Source: Deltaproteobacteria bacterium
Lineage (GTDB): Bacteria > Desulfobacterota > GWC2-55-46 > DRQE01
Assembly: GCA_015492245.1 (NCBI GenBank)
Contig: WGFM01000032.1
Location: 6,231-70,230 of the forward strand
Length of the DNA: 64,000 nt
Direction of reading: 5' to 3'
Positions 38,441 to 50,015 of this stretch are shown piece by piece; within the stretch, counting starts at the first letter, position 1, and each line of letters begins with the position of its first letter. Under the pieces are notes generated by a model. It saw only the letters and a program-made list of their open reading frames with translations. It had not been told where the DNA came from and ran no database searches. A program made the position numbers and the translations under genes.

Positions 38441-39100
38441 ATGAAAAAGGCCAGGGTTGTGAAGAAACTTAAAGCCCTCCTTACAGAAAATCTGCACATG
38501 AACCCATCGAAAAATCCCGTACATATAAGGCTCGAAGATGACAGCATGGTCGTGGAAGGAGAGGTTGAGAGGGTTGCCTACAAGAAGAAGGCCCTCCTCC
38601 TTGCAATGGGGCTCGAAGGCATCGAGGGTGTCATAGACAGGCTCAGGGTAAGACCTGCGAAGCGGATGGGAGACGGGGAAATCAAAAAACACATAATGGA
38701 CGCCATAACAGAGGAACCAGCACTGGATGCCTCTGCAATAGATGTGGAGGTCAAAGACGGCGTGGTGGATATTGAGGGCAGGGTGCCCTCTTTGAGCCAT
38801 AAACGACTCTGCGGGGTCCTTGCCTGGTGGGTCCCAGGCAGCACAGATGTGATAAACAGCCTTATGGTAGACCCCCCGGAGGAAGACTCCCCCGAAGAAC
38901 TTGTCGATGCCATAAGGATCGTGTTAGAGAAAGATGGGCTCGTGGATGCCTCTTCCATAACCATCGAGGCGGATGCAAACTGGGTGGTAACCCTCAGGGG
39001 CACCGTTAAAGGCCCTGCAGAATGCCTTGCCGCAGAGGACGATGTATGGTATGTGTGGGGAGTAAACGATGTTATGAACAAACTTGATGTCCTGAAATAA
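38441..39100 (+). CDS. BON-domain protein (OsmY-like, three BON repeats)
   Basis: 219 aa with three repeats of the I.V.V.DGVV.L.G.V motif. Confidence 0.65.
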   Translation: MKKARVVKKLKALLTENLHMNPSKNPVHIRLEDDSMVVEGEVERVAYKKKALLLAMGLEGIEGVIDRLRVRPAKRMGDGEIKKHIMDAITEEPALDASAIDVEVKDGVVDIEGRVPSLSHKRLCGVLAWWVPGSTDVINSLMVDPPEEDSPEELVDAIRIVLEKDGLVDASSITIEADANWVVTLRGTVKGPAECLAAEDDVWYVWGVNDVMNKLDVLK

Positions 39101-39117
39101 CTTTCAATGAAAACTGC

Positions 39118-39741
39118 TTGAAAACATTGAAGAAAATAAAAGACATCAAAAAGATAAGGATACGAAGGGTAGACCCCGAGGTGGTCGAGCAGAAGGGGCT
39201 TTTCGGTGGTGGCTGCATGGATGCAGGCTGCGAGGACATATGCTGTGAGTACGGCTGCGATGTGGACTATGCAACACTCGGGCTCATCTACAGGTATCGC
39301 CGTCTCATAGAACCCCTTACAGGGGCAAGCGTGGATGACTGCTTTTCCACGGAACTGACCCCTGACGAGGACTACATAGGTGGGGCATACAGGGAGACCC
39401 TTGTAAGGGAAGAGGATGAGCGCTGCGCCTTTCACCTCAAGGACAGGAAGGGTTGTGCCCTCTTCTACCTGTGGCAGACAAAGGGGCTTCCCAAAAGGAT
39501 TGTGCCCACCATATGCCGTGTGTATCCAGTAACATGGCACAGGGGCCATCTCTTTGTGGACAGACCCATCAAAAGGGCCTGCAGGTGCCTCGAAAGGGCC
39601 CCAAAGGGAGTATACATACCCTCCATATACGAGACCCAGCGCCGCGACATACTGGCACTGTTCGAGATAGAACCAAAGGAGCTCGAAAAGATAGAAAGGC
39701 TCAGGAAGGAGAGGATAAGGAGGTTCAAAAACAGGCCTTGA
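39118..39741 (+). CDS. YkgJ/UPF0153-family putative zinc- or iron-chelating Cys-rich protein
   Basis: 207 aa with CMDAGCEDICCEYGC (CxxxCxxxCC) N-terminal cluster. Confidence 0.5.
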   Translation: MKTLKKIKDIKKIRIRRVDPEVVEQKGLFGGGCMDAGCEDICCEYGCDVDYATLGLIYRYRRLIEPLTGASVDDCFSTELTPDEDYIGGAYRETLVREEDERCAFHLKDRKGCALFYLWQTKGLPKRIVPTICRVYPVTWHRGHLFVDRPIKRACRCLERAPKGVYIPSIYETQRRDILALFEIEPKELEKIERLRKERIRRFKNRP

Positions 39742-39759
39742 AGCATCTACTCTCCAGGC

Positions 39760-41235
39760 CTATCCCTTCCTTTCTTTCAGCCACTCCCTTACATACCCAA
39801 GGGCACTCTCCTTATCCCTTACAACCCCTTTTTCCACACCCTCTTCTATCTTTCTCTTCATCTCCCCCACGATGACACCCTCTTTCACGCCGAACACCCT
39901 CATTATCTCATGGCCATCCATCATGGGCTCGGGCCTTACTCTTGTGTATACCTCAAAGTAGAACCTCAACATCTCCCTTACGAATGCGTAAAGCTCGGGG
40001 TCCTCACCACCCCTTGTTGCCCTTGCATCGGCGATGGCAAGACACAACAGATCAAGCCCCACATCTCCACCCACGGCATTGAAAAAATGGTTTCTCGCCC
40101 TGTCGGTGGGACTTTCAAGCTGTATGAGGGAGAAAACCCTGTGATGATTTCTCACAATAGTTGATATTATATCTGATATTTTTCTTCCAACCCTCAATCT
40201 TTTAAGGATTTTTTTTGACACTTTCTCACCCTCGACATCGTGTCCCCAGAACTTAAGCTCTTCCTTCTCTATCCTCATGGTCTCAGGTTTTCCGCAGTCA
40301 TGGAGGAAGGCTGCAAGCTTGAACACCACCTCTCTCCTCGTGCCAGAGGGAAGTTCTCCCATGAAGTGTTCCCGAAGGGCTGGAAACTCGGTCATAACTC
40401 TGTCATCCAGGAGTCTTTCTGCCTCATCGAGTGTCTTGAGCGAGTGCGAGACCATGTCGTAATGCCCCCCCTTTCTCCAGCCTGCAAGCTCTGGCAGCAT
40501 GTGGTATACAAGGCCGACCCTGAAGAACTCCCTCATGGTGGGGGCAGTCTCTTTATTTGAGAATATAGTCATAAGCTCATCTTTTATCCTTTCTGTGGCA
40601 ACGAGCCCTATGAGTGGGGCATCTTCTTTGAGCAGCCTTCGGGTATTGCGCTCGACCCTGAGGCCATGGAGCTGGCAGAGCCTGAGTGCCCTTACAAGCC
40701 TGAGGGGGTCCTTCTTGAAACCATCTTCAGATACAAGCCTCAGCCTCTTCTTTTTTATATCCTCTATTCCTCCTGCAGGGTCTATGACAGGTGGGATGTG
40801 GTGGCCATAGAGGTCTTCAAGCCCCACTGCAAGGGCGTTTATGGTGAAGTCTCTCTTAAGGAGGTCTTCCTCCAGGGTGGCACCATCCATGGGTGCAATA
40901 TCTATCGTAAAGGGTAGCCTGCCCCTTTTCTTTACCACCCTCCATATACCTCTTTCTCTATCCATCAGAAACCTCTTTGCCCTGAATTCCTGTGCCACCC
41001 TGCTTGCGACCCTTTCGGGCACGTCCTGTGTAACAAGGTCATAGTCTTTCATCCAGCTTCTCTCAAGGCCTGCCTCTCTCAGCACCCCACCCACAAGGTA
41101 GAGCTTGACCTCTTCAGCACGGGCAAGCCCGTAGAGGGTCTTAACGATGGGGTCCTGCTTCAGGGCTGCAAATCGTTCATAAAAAAAAGCCGACCTCTGG
41201 CCGGCTCTCCTGGGTGTCTGTCGCTTCTCTCTCAT
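39760..41235 (-). CDS. cca: tRNA nucleotidyltransferase (CCA-adding enzyme/poly(A) polymerase head domain) with C-terminal HD domain
   Basis: 491 aa. GGVLRE (GGxVRD-like) and RDFTINA head-domain motifs; HD region AAFLHDCGKP. Confidence 0.8.
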   Translation of the reverse strand: MREKRQTPRRAGQRSAFFYERFAALKQDPIVKTLYGLARAEEVKLYLVGGVLREAGLERSWMKDYDLVTQDVPERVASRVAQEFRAKRFLMDRERGIWRVVKKRGRLPFTIDIAPMDGATLEEDLLKRDFTINALAVGLEDLYGHHIPPVIDPAGGIEDIKKKRLRLVSEDGFKKDPLRLVRALRLCQLHGLRVERNTRRLLKEDAPLIGLVATERIKDELMTIFSNKETAPTMREFFRVGLVYHMLPELAGWRKGGHYDMVSHSLKTLDEAERLLDDRVMTEFPALREHFMGELPSGTRREVVFKLAAFLHDCGKPETMRIEKEELKFWGHDVEGEKVSKKILKRLRVGRKISDIISTIVRNHHRVFSLIQLESPTDRARNHFFNAVGGDVGLDLLCLAIADARATRGGEDPELYAFVREMLRFYFEVYTRVRPEPMMDGHEIMRVFGVKEGVIVGEMKRKIEEGVEKGVVRDKESALGYVREWLKERKG

Positions 41236-42881
41236 ACAACCTCTACCTCTATGGTGTCATCATTCAGAGGTGGAGAAGGTTTTCTAAGGCTTTCCATCTT
41301 TTCTGCCACATTCCTGTATTCCTTGTCCATCTCGTAGACCTTTGAGAACATCCTGAGGGCATCTTCCCTTCTGCCTGATGCCTCCAGTGTCAGGCCGAGC
41401 TCGTACATAAGGGCCTTCTTTTCCTCCTCGCTTTTGCCCTCCATCTTGAGTGCCCGCTCGTAGAACCCTGTGGCCTCATGGAACTCCCCCTTCTTCATGG
41501 AGCAGAGGGCCAGTCTTGTCAGCGCATCGAACTCAAGGGAAGGGTCCTTGAGGCTCAGCTTGAACTCCTTTATTGCCTCATCGAAGAGTTCCATCTCCAT
41601 ATATGCTATACCAAGGTTGTAATGGGTTTCGGCATCCTCTTTTGTGAGTTGAGCTCCCATGTCTTCCTTGAGTTCTTCTGCCATCTCCACTGCCTCGCCC
41701 TCGGCAACAGGGGATACGAGCTGGTCCAGGGCCTCTTCCACCCCGAGCTCTTTTATTATGTCCACATACTGTTCGGCCTCCTTCTCCCTTGTCTTCTCCT
41801 GGGCCGGGGCTTCTTCTTCAACCTCTTCTACAAGCTCTATCTCTTCCATCGCCTCTTCTTCGAAGATTTCATCTGGTATCATTATAAGTTCTTCCCCTGC
41901 CTTCTCAGGCTCGGCCGAAAGCTCTTCCGGGGGTGTGGATACAACCTCTTCAGGGGATTCCTCTTCTTCTATTGTCTCTATGATTTCAAGTGGTGGTTCT
42001 TCTTCTGGTTCTTCCAGGGGTAATGGGGGTTCCGTCTTTTCTGCCTCTTCTTCTGCAAACTTTGAAAAGTCCACCTCTCTTTCCTCTGGACACAGCTTTT
42101 CGAGCATGCCTCGTGCCTCCTGGTTGTCAGGAAAGCGCTCCACAATGTCCTTACACCTTGCTATCAGCCTGTCTCTGAGCCCCTTCTCTTTGTAGAGTCT
42201 TACAAGTTCAAGGGCATGTTCTTTGTACCCTTCACTGTCCTCTTTCTTCTCACAGAGTTCGAGGAGTTTCTCAAGTATTGCCACATTCTCTGGATACTCC
42301 TCGTATATCTCTCCTATGACCTTCTCTGCCCTTTCCGTTCTGCCCTGTCCAAGGAGTTTGTCGAATATGGTGCAGTATTCCTTTACGGCATCGTCCTCAT
42401 AGCCTAACTCCAGTTCCTTCTTTGCGAGTCTAAGCCGCACACCAGTGTTGTTTGGATCCACCTCTACCATCTTCTTAAGAAGCTCAAAGGCATCCTGTGT
42501 TCTTCCCTTTCTCTCGAATATATTCAGTATATAGCTATACTCGCTTATGGCATCTGCCAGAAGGCGTTGTTTTGTGTAGAGTTCAGCGAGCCTGTAGTGC
42601 ACATCCAGGTTGGTCTCATCGAGCTTGAGTATCTGTTTGTATACAGCGATGGCCTTGAGGTAGAACCCTTTTCTGTTGTTTATCCTTGCTGCCTCGTTGT
42701 ATTCCTCTATTGCATCCTCCTTCTTTCCTGCCTTCACATAGAGGTCTCCGAGCCTGAGCCTTAATGTTACATCATGTGGGTCCGTGGCAACAGCTCCCCT
42801 GTATTCTTCTATTGCCTTGCCAAGATGTCCCTTCATTATGTGTCTCTGTGCACGCTCTATGTATTTTTCCTTACCTGTCAT
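41232..42881 (-). CDS. TPR-repeat protein with central highly acidic low-complexity linker
   Basis: 549 aa. N- and C-terminal TPR helices (AIEEY, LGDLYVKAGK, YNLGIAYMEMELFDEAI) flank an E/P-rich region. 4-nt overlap with cca. Confidence 0.75.
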   Translation of the reverse strand: MTGKEKYIERAQRHIMKGHLGKAIEEYRGAVATDPHDVTLRLRLGDLYVKAGKKEDAIEEYNEAARINNRKGFYLKAIAVYKQILKLDETNLDVHYRLAELYTKQRLLADAISEYSYILNIFERKGRTQDAFELLKKMVEVDPNNTGVRLRLAKKELELGYEDDAVKEYCTIFDKLLGQGRTERAEKVIGEIYEEYPENVAILEKLLELCEKKEDSEGYKEHALELVRLYKEKGLRDRLIARCKDIVERFPDNQEARGMLEKLCPEEREVDFSKFAEEEAEKTEPPLPLEEPEEEPPLEIIETIEEEESPEEVVSTPPEELSAEPEKAGEELIMIPDEIFEEEAMEEIELVEEVEEEAPAQEKTREKEAEQYVDIIKELGVEEALDQLVSPVAEGEAVEMAEELKEDMGAQLTKEDAETHYNLGIAYMEMELFDEAIKEFKLSLKDPSLEFDALTRLALCSMKKGEFHEATGFYERALKMEGKSEEEKKALMYELGLTLEASGRREDALRMFSKVYEMDKEYRNVAEKMESLRKPSPPLNDDTIEVEVV

Positions 42882-42886
42882 ATGTT

Positions 42887-43675
42887 TTATACCCCCATGG
42901 GTGTTTTACCCTCGATGTTCCACAGAGGGCTGGAATACTTCTCACGGAGGGCGCTTTCCAGCATATACAACAACTCCTTCTTCTCCATGCTCACCTCTTC
43001 GAATTCTACAGAGAGCCCCTGTGTCATCTTTTCAACGAGAAGCCTCTCCAGCACATCTTTATCGATTGATGCAAACTCACCCACCGCTGCCATCTCGAGG
43101 TGGGCATCCGCTCCGAAGAGTCTTTCCACAAGCCCCTTCTCCACACTCAGAAGAATTGAGCCATGCTGGAGGAAGGCCCTCTTCAGTCTTCTCTGCGCAC
43201 CGCCTGAAAGCTTTCTTCCCCCTACGGTAATCTCATACCTTGAGGCCGAATGAAAACAGGACTCTCTTTTTCTGTATCCCGCAGGATTCTTCCTGCAGGA
43301 GAGTTCTGCCTCTATGCCCACTTCTCTGAGTGTCTCCTTTATGATACTGTTTATCACATAATATGTGTGTCGCAACCCTCTGTCGAAGGGCTCTGCATCC
43401 ATGGGTGCAACCATGGAGTAGGTGAGTTCTCTCCAGTGAAGCACCGCCCTTCCACCTGTGGGTCTTCTGACCACTGTAAGCCAGCAGTCCACAAACCCTG
43501 TGGCATCCTGCATGTAGCCCACTGAAAGGGCCTTCTCCTGCCAGCCATAGAGCCTCAGTGTTGGTCTTCCCCATCCCTGTTCGAGGCCCAGAAGGAGTGC
43601 CTCATCGCGTGCCATGTTTTCAGCTGCCGGACATTCCCCCTCGAGCAGTAGTTGCCACCTTTCGATTGGTCTCAT
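42887..43675 (-). CDS. Lipoate-protein ligase / octanoyltransferase family protein (BPL_LplA_LipB domain)
   Basis: 262 aa with conserved RRPTGGRAVLH and K-containing GGRKLSGGAQRR motifs. Confidence 0.7.
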   Translation of the reverse strand: MRPIERWQLLLEGECPAAENMARDEALLLGLEQGWGRPTLRLYGWQEKALSVGYMQDATGFVDCWLTVVRRPTGGRAVLHWRELTYSMVAPMDAEPFDRGLRHTYYVINSIIKETLREVGIEAELSCRKNPAGYRKRESCFHSASRYEITVGGRKLSGGAQRRLKRAFLQHGSILLSVEKGLVERLFGADAHLEMAAVGEFASIDKDVLERLLVEKMTQGLSVEFEEVSMEKKELLYMLESALREKYSSPLWNIEGKTPMGV

Positions 43676-43687
43676 AACATATATATT

Positions 43688-45022
43688 TTAGGAGAATCTC
43701 GAGAGAAAATCTATATCAATGTTGCCTGCAATGAAGTCGTGATCCTTCATTATTTCCAGAAGCAGGGGTATGTTTGTCTTGATACCCTCTATGCGGAATT
43801 CTTCAAGGGCACGGGTCATCTTCTTTATGGCCTCAAGGCGTGTTGGTGCATGGACGATGAGTTTTGCAATAAGTGAGTCATAATGGGATGGTATGGTGTA
43901 TCCAGAGTATATGGCTGTATCCACCCTTACCCCGGGACCGCCTGGCAGATAGAGCGAGGTAATCTTGCCAGGTGATGGCACGAAGGTTCTGGGGTCTTCC
44001 GCATTTATCCTGCACTCTATGCTGTGCCCTGTGAGTTTCACATCCTTCTGCCTCAGGGAAAGTGGAGTGCCTGCGGCAATCCTTATCTGTTCTTTGACCA
44101 TGTCCAGTCCTGTTATCATCTCGGTTACAGGGTGTTCCACCTGTATGCGTGTATTCATCTCCATGAAGTAGAAGTTCCTGTTCCTGTCCACCAGGAACTC
44201 CACTGTGCCTGCGTTTACATATCCAATACTTTTTGCAAGCCTTATTGCTGCCTCTCCCATCTTCTGCCTGAGCCTTGCATCCACAACAGGAGAAGGTGCC
44301 TCTTCCACAATCTTCTGGTGGCGGCGCTGTATGGAGCACTCCCTTTCACCAAGGTGGATAACACTACCATGCTGGTCTGCAAGGAGCTGTATCTCTATGT
44401 GTCTCGGTTTTTCACAGTATTTCTCTATGAACACCTCATCGTCTCCGAAGGCGGTGTGCGCCTCTCTTCTTGCCATGTGGAATGCGCTTCCAAGGGATGC
44501 CTGTGTGTGCACAAGCTTCATGCCCCTTCCACCCCCACCTGATGCCGCCTTTATTATCACCGGAAAACCTATCTCCTTTGCCATCTCAAGGGCGGTCTTT
44601 TCATTCTCAAGGCCTGTCTTGCTCCAGGCAAGAACAGGCACTTTAACCTTCTCTGCCTCTTTCTTTGCTGCTATCTTGTTGCCCATGAGGCGTATGACCT
44701 TTGAAGGTGGCCCTATGAACTTGATCCCACAGTTCTCGCATATCTCTGCGAACTCGGCACTTTCTGCAAGAAACCCGTAGCCAGGGTGCACGGCCTCGGC
44801 ATCCACCACCTCTATGGCACTAATTATGGATGATATGTTAAGATAGCTCTCGGAACTCTTTGCAGGCCCTATACATATGGCGGCATCTGCAAGCCTTACA
44901 TGCATGGAATCTCTGTCCGTGTCCGAATATACGGCCACGGTTCTTACATCCAGCTCCCGTGCTGCCCTTATTATCCTTACGGCTATCTCGCCACGGTTTG
45001 CAACAAGTATTTTGTTGAACAT
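43688..45022 (-). CDS. accC: Acetyl-CoA carboxylase, biotin carboxylase subunit
   Basis: 444 aa. [13 protein letters not shown]-grasp [21 protein letters not shown]. Confidence 0.95.
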   Translation of the reverse strand: MFNKILVANRGEIAVRIIRAARELDVRTVAVYSDTDRDSMHVRLADAAICIGPAKSSESYLNISSIISAIEVVDAEAVHPGYGFLAESAEFAEICENCGIKFIGPPSKVIRLMGNKIAAKKEAEKVKVPVLAWSKTGLENEKTALEMAKEIGFPVIIKAASGGGGRGMKLVHTQASLGSAFHMARREAHTAFGDDEVFIEKYCEKPRHIEIQLLADQHGSVIHLGERECSIQRRHQKIVEEAPSPVVDARLRQKMGEAAIRLAKSIGYVNAGTVEFLVDRNRNFYFMEMNTRIQVEHPVTEMITGLDMVKEQIRIAAGTPLSLRQKDVKLTGHSIECRINAEDPRTFVPSPGKITSLYLPGGPGVRVDTAIYSGYTIPSHYDSLIAKLIVHAPTRLEAIKKMTRALEEFRIEGIKTNIPLLLEIMKDHDFIAGNIDIDFLSRFS

Positions 45023-45060
45023 AGGATATATTCTCCAGGAGGAGTTTTTCTCTGTTTTAG

Positions 45061-45513
45061 TCAGGAGGAGACCTCTACCTCAAACAGTGGTTCACCGTAT
45101 TCAACGGGCTGGCCGTTCTCAACGAGCACAGAGACCACCTTTCCCGTATACTCGGATTCCACCTCGTTCATAATCTTCATGGCCTCTATTATACAGACCA
45201 CCTGGCCTGGGCTCACGCTGGCTCCCACATCCACGAAGGGGTCTGCATCCGGGGCAGGTGCCCTGTAGAAGGTGCCAACCATTGGAGATGTTATTACCTT
45301 TATGTTTGCCCTCTCCCCTGTGGACACCCTTTCTGGTGGAGGTGCCTCTGATGGCACCCTCTCCACGGCCACTGGCCTCTGCTGAGGCTCGAGCTGGATG
45401 GCTGTGGGTCTTCTTTTTATCCTTACCTTTCCCTTCTCATCTTCGAGCTCGAGCTCTTCAATATCTGTATTCTTCATGAACCTGTAGAGTGCTCTCAAGT
45501 CTTTTATCTCCAT
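45061..45513 (-). CDS. accB: Acetyl-CoA carboxylase, biotin carboxyl carrier protein
   Basis: Start at the internal ATG 45511-45513 ([10 protein letters not shown]...), RBS AGGAGG upstream. Biotinyl-lysine motif EAMKIMNEV. Confidence 0.9.
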   Translation of the reverse strand: MEIKDLRALYRFMKNTDIEELELEDEKGKVRIKRRPTAIQLEPQQRPVAVERVPSEAPPPERVSTGERANIKVITSPMVGTFYRAPAPDADPFVDVGASVSPGQVVCIIEAMKIMNEVESEYTGKVVSVLVENGQPVEYGEPLFEVEVSS

Positions 45514-45521
45514 ATCGCCTC

Positions 45522-46589
45522 CTATTCTATTGTTCTGAGCTCTTTGTTGCCCTCTGTAAGGAGCGTACATCCATCTTTTTCAACGAGCACCATGTCCTCT
45601 ATCCTCACCCCTCCAAGGCCTGGTATGTATATGCCGGGCTCAACGGTTACCACCATGCCTTCTTCGAGTATATCGGGGCTACGGGGGCCAACATAGGGGG
45701 CCTCATGCACCCTGAGGCCCACGCCATGGCCTGTGCCATGGGCAAAGTATCTTCCATAGCCTGCCTTTCTTATGGTGCTCCGTGCAACAGAGTCTATCCT
45801 TCTGGCCCTTACACCTGCCTTTATGGCGTCTATGGCACGCCTCTGTGCATCGAGCACTGTGGTATAGACCCTTTTATGTATACCCTTGGGGCTACCTGTA
45901 AAGTATGTTCTGGTCTCGTCGGAACTATAGCCCTGGTAGACAACACCCATATCCACTATGAGGAATTCCCCTCTCTCTATACTCTTGCTGGATGGTGTCC
46001 CATGGGGCAGTGCGCTACGCTCGCCCGATACTACTATTATATCAAAAGACAGCCTCTCTGCCCCGGCCTTTCTTACGGTGCCCTCTATCGTCCAGGCGAC
46101 ATCCCTTTCGGCTCTGCCCACAACCCCTGCCTTCTCCATCCTTCTGAAGCCACGGCTTGCAATCCTTATGGCCTCTCTTATACTCTGAAGCTCTCCCCCG
46201 TCCTTTCTTGCCCTGAGCCTGTCAACCATGCCGGCCACATCTCTTACCCTTACCCCCTCAAGCCTCTTCTTCATATTCATCCACCTCTGGTGGCTCAATG
46301 CCCTGCCATCGAGCCCGAGGGTTCTGAACCCGTTTTTTTTTACAAACCCTGCAATATCCTCTGCCTCCTTAGAGTATCCTTTTATCCTCACCCCCTCTGT
46401 CTCTGTGCGTGCCTGAAGGGTATAGCGTGAGTCTGTAAAGAGCCAGGCACCTTTTCTCGAGATAAGAAGCTGTGCCGCACTCCCTCTAAAGCCCGAAAGA
46501 TAGCGTATATTGGCAATGTCAGAGACAAGGAGGCAGTCTATCCCGCGCCTTTCCATCTCTTCTGTCAGGGTGGCAATCCGCTCTTTCAT
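45522..46589 (-). CDS. pepP: Xaa-Pro aminopeptidase / M24B metallopeptidase
   Basis: 355 aa. Creatinase N-domain plus M24 metal ligands (D..D...HGTGHGVG...E...E). Confidence 0.85.
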   Translation of the reverse strand: MKERIATLTEEMERRGIDCLLVSDIANIRYLSGFRGSAAQLLISRKGAWLFTDSRYTLQARTETEGVRIKGYSKEAEDIAGFVKKNGFRTLGLDGRALSHQRWMNMKKRLEGVRVRDVAGMVDRLRARKDGGELQSIREAIRIASRGFRRMEKAGVVGRAERDVAWTIEGTVRKAGAERLSFDIIVVSGERSALPHGTPSSKSIERGEFLIVDMGVVYQGYSSDETRTYFTGSPKGIHKRVYTTVLDAQRRAIDAIKAGVRARRIDSVARSTIRKAGYGRYFAHGTGHGVGLRVHEAPYVGPRSPDILEEGMVVTVEPGIYIPGLGGVRIEDMVLVEKDGCTLLTEGNKELRTIE

Positions 46590-46591
46590 GG

Positions 46592-46957
46592 TCAGGTGAG
46601 AAGGTCCTCCCCTATGGTGCTGGCAAGTCTGCGCAACAGATACCTTCCCTTGCCCATATTGCCATCGTGCAGCAACACCAGTGCCAGAAAGTAGTCCCTT
46701 CCCACAGGCCTCACGACCACCCTGTTACGCTCAAGGGTTATTACCACCTCTTCCACCTCTCCGAGCTCGAGCAGTTCCGATGCCCTCCGTATCTCTGCCA
46801 TAACCTTTCCATATTCCACGCCGAAGGACTCTATGTCGCAACTTGCGCCCTCTTTGATGTAGTCCTGCACAGCTATGCCATCCATGCCCATGACCGTTGC
46901 GGCATATCCACCCTCTACCCCTTCGACCACCTCTTTGAGTATCTTCTTAAAGTCCAT
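46592..46957 (-). CDS. Roadblock/LC7-domain protein (MglB-like)
   Basis: 121 aa. GGYAATVMGMDGIAV...VVVRPVGRDYFLALVL typical Roadblock fold. Confidence 0.65.
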   Translation of the reverse strand: MDFKKILKEVVEGVEGGYAATVMGMDGIAVQDYIKEGASCDIESFGVEYGKVMAEIRRASELLELGEVEEVVITLERNRVVVRPVGRDYFLALVLLHDGNMGKGRYLLRRLASTIGEDLLT

Positions 46958-46962
46958 ATGCC

Positions 46963-47193
46963 CTATCCCCTCTTTTTTCTCCCCTTCTCTTCGAGCCTTC
47001 TCATCCTTTCTGTAAGCTCTCTGTCATCAGGGTTAGAGTCTGCCAGTATCCTGTATATGATAATGGCATCTTCCATGTGTCCCTGTCTCTCCAGCAGTTC
47101 TGCCATGGTGCGGGTAAAGAATATGTCGTCCCCTGGTTTCAGAACACTTCTCCTCATATCCCTACAATTGTTTAAAGTTATTAAAGAATACAT
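46963..47193 (-). CDS. Hypothetical small protein (single TPR-like hairpin)
   Basis: 76-aa ORF (or 64 aa from MRRSV). AELLERQGHMEDAIIIYRILADSNPDD resembles one TPR. No other support. Confidence 0.3.
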   Translation of the reverse strand: MYSLITLNNCRDMRRSVLKPGDDIFFTRTMAELLERQGHMEDAIIIYRILADSNPDDRELTERMRRLEEKGRKKRG

Positions 47194-47205
47194 CTCAAGT
47201 CAAGG

Positions 47206-48819
47206 CTAAACTTTGGCTCGTAGAAGATAGCCCCTCAGGGTCTCCGGCTCTACCTCTCTGAGCACGACGGTTCCTATTCTTTCTGCAAGCACGAACCTTA
47301 TCTTGCCCCTTTTCACCTTCTTGTCGAGCCTTATGGTATCTATGATGCTTTCTGCATCAAGTTCCTCTGGCATCCTTACCGGGAGCCCGAGTGCTGAAAG
47401 CAGCTTTTCTATCCTCTCCTGTGTGCCCGCCTCTGTCATACCCATGTAGCGTGATAGTCCTGCAGCCATTACCATCCCGATGCCAACGGCCTCACCGTGT
47501 CTGTAGCTGGCATAGCCTGTAAGTGCCTCTATGGCATGGCCGAAGGTATGGCCAAAGTTCAGTATGCTCCTTAAGCCTGCCTCTTTCTCGTCTCTACTTA
47601 CAACCTCTGCCTTTATGGCGCAGGACCTTCTTATGGCCCCTATTATGGGCTCGTCGAGGGAGAGCAGCCCCCGGGTGTTTCCCTCAAGGAAGCCGAAGAA
47701 CCTTTCATCCCATATGACACCATATTTTACCACCTCAGAAAGACCTGCCCTGAGGTCTCTTTCATCGAGGGTCTCGAGCACATCCGGGTCTATCAACACA
47801 GCCCTTGGGTGGTAGAAGGCACCTATGAGGTTCTTGCCCCTGGGGTGGTTCACCCCTGTCTTTCCACCAACAGAGCTGTCCACCTGCGCAAGAAGTGTGG
47901 TGGGTATCTGCACATGAGGCACACCCCTCAAGAATGTGGCGGCCACGAACCCTGCAATATCCCCGATCACACCTCCACCAAGGGCTATAATGAGACTCGA
48001 GCGCTCAAGCCTTTCCGAAAGAAGCCTGTCGTATATGGTGGCCACAGTCTGGAGGTTCTTGTATTCCTCTCCATCTGGAACCTCCACCACCACCGGAAGA
48101 AAACCCTCTTTCTTGAGAGACCCCACAAGTCTCTCACAGTAAAGCCTGCCCACCGTTGGGTTGGTTATTACGGCACACCTTTCCGAGGGGGCCACACCCT
48201 TAACCCTTTTTCCTGCCTCATCGAGTATGCCCCGCTTTATGTATATCGGGTAGGACTCATCCACCCTCTTTTCAAGCCTTACCCGGAGTGTATCTTCATC
48301 CTTAATGAACTCCATGATTATATCTGCCACCTCTTCGGGGGTCCTATCTGTTGTATCTATCAAGATGTCCGAATCCCTGTAGGCGTCCTCTCTTCTTCGA
48401 AGAAGCTCCTCTATGGCCCTTCTTCTGTCCCTTTCGTTAAGAAGGGGTCTTTCGTCTCCACTGCCTGTGCGCTCGAGTATTGTATCCACCGTGGCAACGA
48501 GGCATACAAGGATACCCCACTCTTTGAGGAGCCTTCTGTTCTCTTCATCCACCACAGCCCCTCCGCCTGTGGCGAGCACAACAGCTGTCTTTGTTGAGGT
48601 AACATCCCTTATGACCTCTTTTTCGAGTGTCCTGAATAGGGGCTCCCCCTTCTTTTCGAATATCTCCTTTATGGTGAGGGCTGCCCTCTTCTCTATGAGT
48701 TCGTCTGTATCGATAAACTCAAGCCCTAATCTTCTGGCAAGCAGTCTACCCACAGAGCTCTTGCCTGTTCCCATGAACCCTGCAAGCACCAGATTTTCAG
48801 AACCTTTCGAGCTCACCAA
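47206..48819 (-). CDS. aroKB: Bifunctional shikimate kinase / 3-dehydroquinate synthase fusion
   Basis: N-terminal P-loop [14 protein letters not shown] (AroK). C-terminal Aro[12 protein letters not shown], metal-site HGEAV. Confidence 0.9.
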   Translation of the reverse strand: MVSSKGSENLVLAGFMGTGKSSVGRLLARRLGLEFIDTDELIEKRAALTIKEIFEKKGEPLFRTLEKEVIRDVTSTKTAVVLATGGGAVVDEENRRLLKEWGILVCLVATVDTILERTGSGDERPLLNERDRRRAIEELLRRREDAYRDSDILIDTTDRTPEEVADIIMEFIKDEDTLRVRLEKRVDESYPIYIKRGILDEAGKRVKGVAPSERCAVITNPTVGRLYCERLVGSLKKEGFLPVVVEVPDGEEYKNLQTVATIYDRLLSERLERSSLIIALGGGVIGDIAGFVAATFLRGVPHVQIPTTLLAQVDSSVGGKTGVNHPRGKNLIGAFYHPRAVLIDPDVLETLDERDLRAGLSEVVKYGVIWDERFFGFLEGNTRGLLSLDEPIIGAIRRSCAIKAEVVSRDEKEAGLRSILNFGHTFGHAIEALTGYASYRHGEAVGIGMVMAAGLSRYMGMTEAGTQERIEKLLSALGLPVRMPEELDAESIIDTIRLDKKVKRGKIRFVLAERIGTVVLREVEPETLRGYLLRAKV

Positions 48820-49951
48820 GGTAGCCCCTTAAGTTTCTCCTTATCTCCCTTATGGAGTCTCCGCCGAACTTTTCCATGAACGCGGCTGCAAGCTCCATCG
48901 CCACCACTGCCTCTGCCACCACACTGGCCGAAGGCAGGGCGCACACATCGCTCCTTTCAACTGCTGCCAGGTGAGTCTTTCTGGTTGTAATATCCACCGA
49001 GTGAAGTGGTTTCATAAGTGTTGGTATGGGTTTCATGACAGCCCTTATGAGCAGGGGCTCGCCATTGGTCATGCCCCCTTCTATGCCACCTGCGTGGTTG
49101 GTCCTGCGGTGGTAGCCCCTCTTTGTGGTGTAGAATATCTCATCATGTGCCTTGGAGCCAGGTAGCGTTGCAAACCCGAATCCTTCGCCTATCTCCACCC
49201 CTTTTATCGCCTGTATGCTCATCACGGCCCCTGCAAGCCTTGCATCAAGTTTTCTGTCCCAGTGGACATGGCTTCCAATACCTGGTGGCAGGCCTGTGGC
49301 AACCACCTCGAATATGCCGCCAAGGCTGTCTCCGTTGCGCTGGGCCCTGTCTATCCTTCTTTTCATCTTCTCTGTAACATCAGGGTCAGGACATCTGGTA
49401 TCAGATGCCTCGGCCCTCTCAAAGAGCCTCTGTGGTGGGAGGTCTTCCCCTGGTTCGTATCTTACCCCACCTATGTCCACCACCCAGCTGTATACCTCTA
49501 TCCCGAATTCTTCGAGGAGCCTCCTTGCCACCGTGCATGCCGCAACCCTGACAGCGGTCTCCCTTGCGCTTGAGCGCTCGAGGATGTTTCGCACATCCTT
49601 TGTGAGATACTTCATCGCCCCTGGAAGGTCTGCATGTCCTGGCCTGGGGTTGGTGAGCATGGGTGCTCTACCCTTCTGGGGCTTCATTGCATCCTTCCAG
49701 TTCTCCCAGTCGCGGTTTCTTACAACAAGGGATATGGGCGAGCCAAGGGTTCTGCCCAGCCTCACCCCGGAGAGTATCTCCACCTGATCCTTCTCTATCT
49801 TCTGCCTTGCACCCCTGCCATAGCCCTGCTGCCTTCTGTGAAGCTGGGTGTCTATGTATTCGGCTGTAAGCTCAAGCCCTGCGGGAACACCCTCTACTAT
49901 GGCCGTAAGGGCCCTGCCATGTGATTCCCCTGCTGTAAGGTATCTCAACAT
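48797..49951 (-). CDS. aroC: Chorismate synthase
   Basis: Start at the internal ATG 49949-49951 ([12 protein letters not shown]), RBS AAGGGGG upstream. GRSSARET-like and conserved chorismate-synthase blocks. Overlaps aroKB by 23 nt. Confidence 0.92.
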   Translation of the reverse strand: MLRYLTAGESHGRALTAIVEGVPAGLELTAEYIDTQLHRRQQGYGRGARQKIEKDQVEILSGVRLGRTLGSPISLVVRNRDWENWKDAMKPQKGRAPMLTNPRPGHADLPGAMKYLTKDVRNILERSSARETAVRVAACTVARRLLEEFGIEVYSWVVDIGGVRYEPGEDLPPQRLFERAEASDTRCPDPDVTEKMKRRIDRAQRNGDSLGGIFEVVATGLPPGIGSHVHWDRKLDARLAGAVMSIQAIKGVEIGEGFGFATLPGSKAHDEIFYTTKRGYHRRTNHAGGIEGGMTNGEPLLIRAVMKPIPTLMKPLHSVDITTRKTHLAAVERSDVCALPSASVVAEAVVAMELAAAFMEKFGGDSIREIRRNLRGYLGELERF

Positions 49952-50015
49952 CTCTGACCCCCTTAAAAAAAAGCACCCCGCAGGGTGCATGGTGCTGAAA
50001 AGGTATTCATCGATA

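Noticed and set aside
41659-42195. Ser-rich 178-aa plus ORF and nearby repetitive-looking sequence.
   Set aside because: It is the antisense of the Glu/Pro-rich acidic linker of the TPR protein. It is low-complexity and not an independent gene or repeat element.
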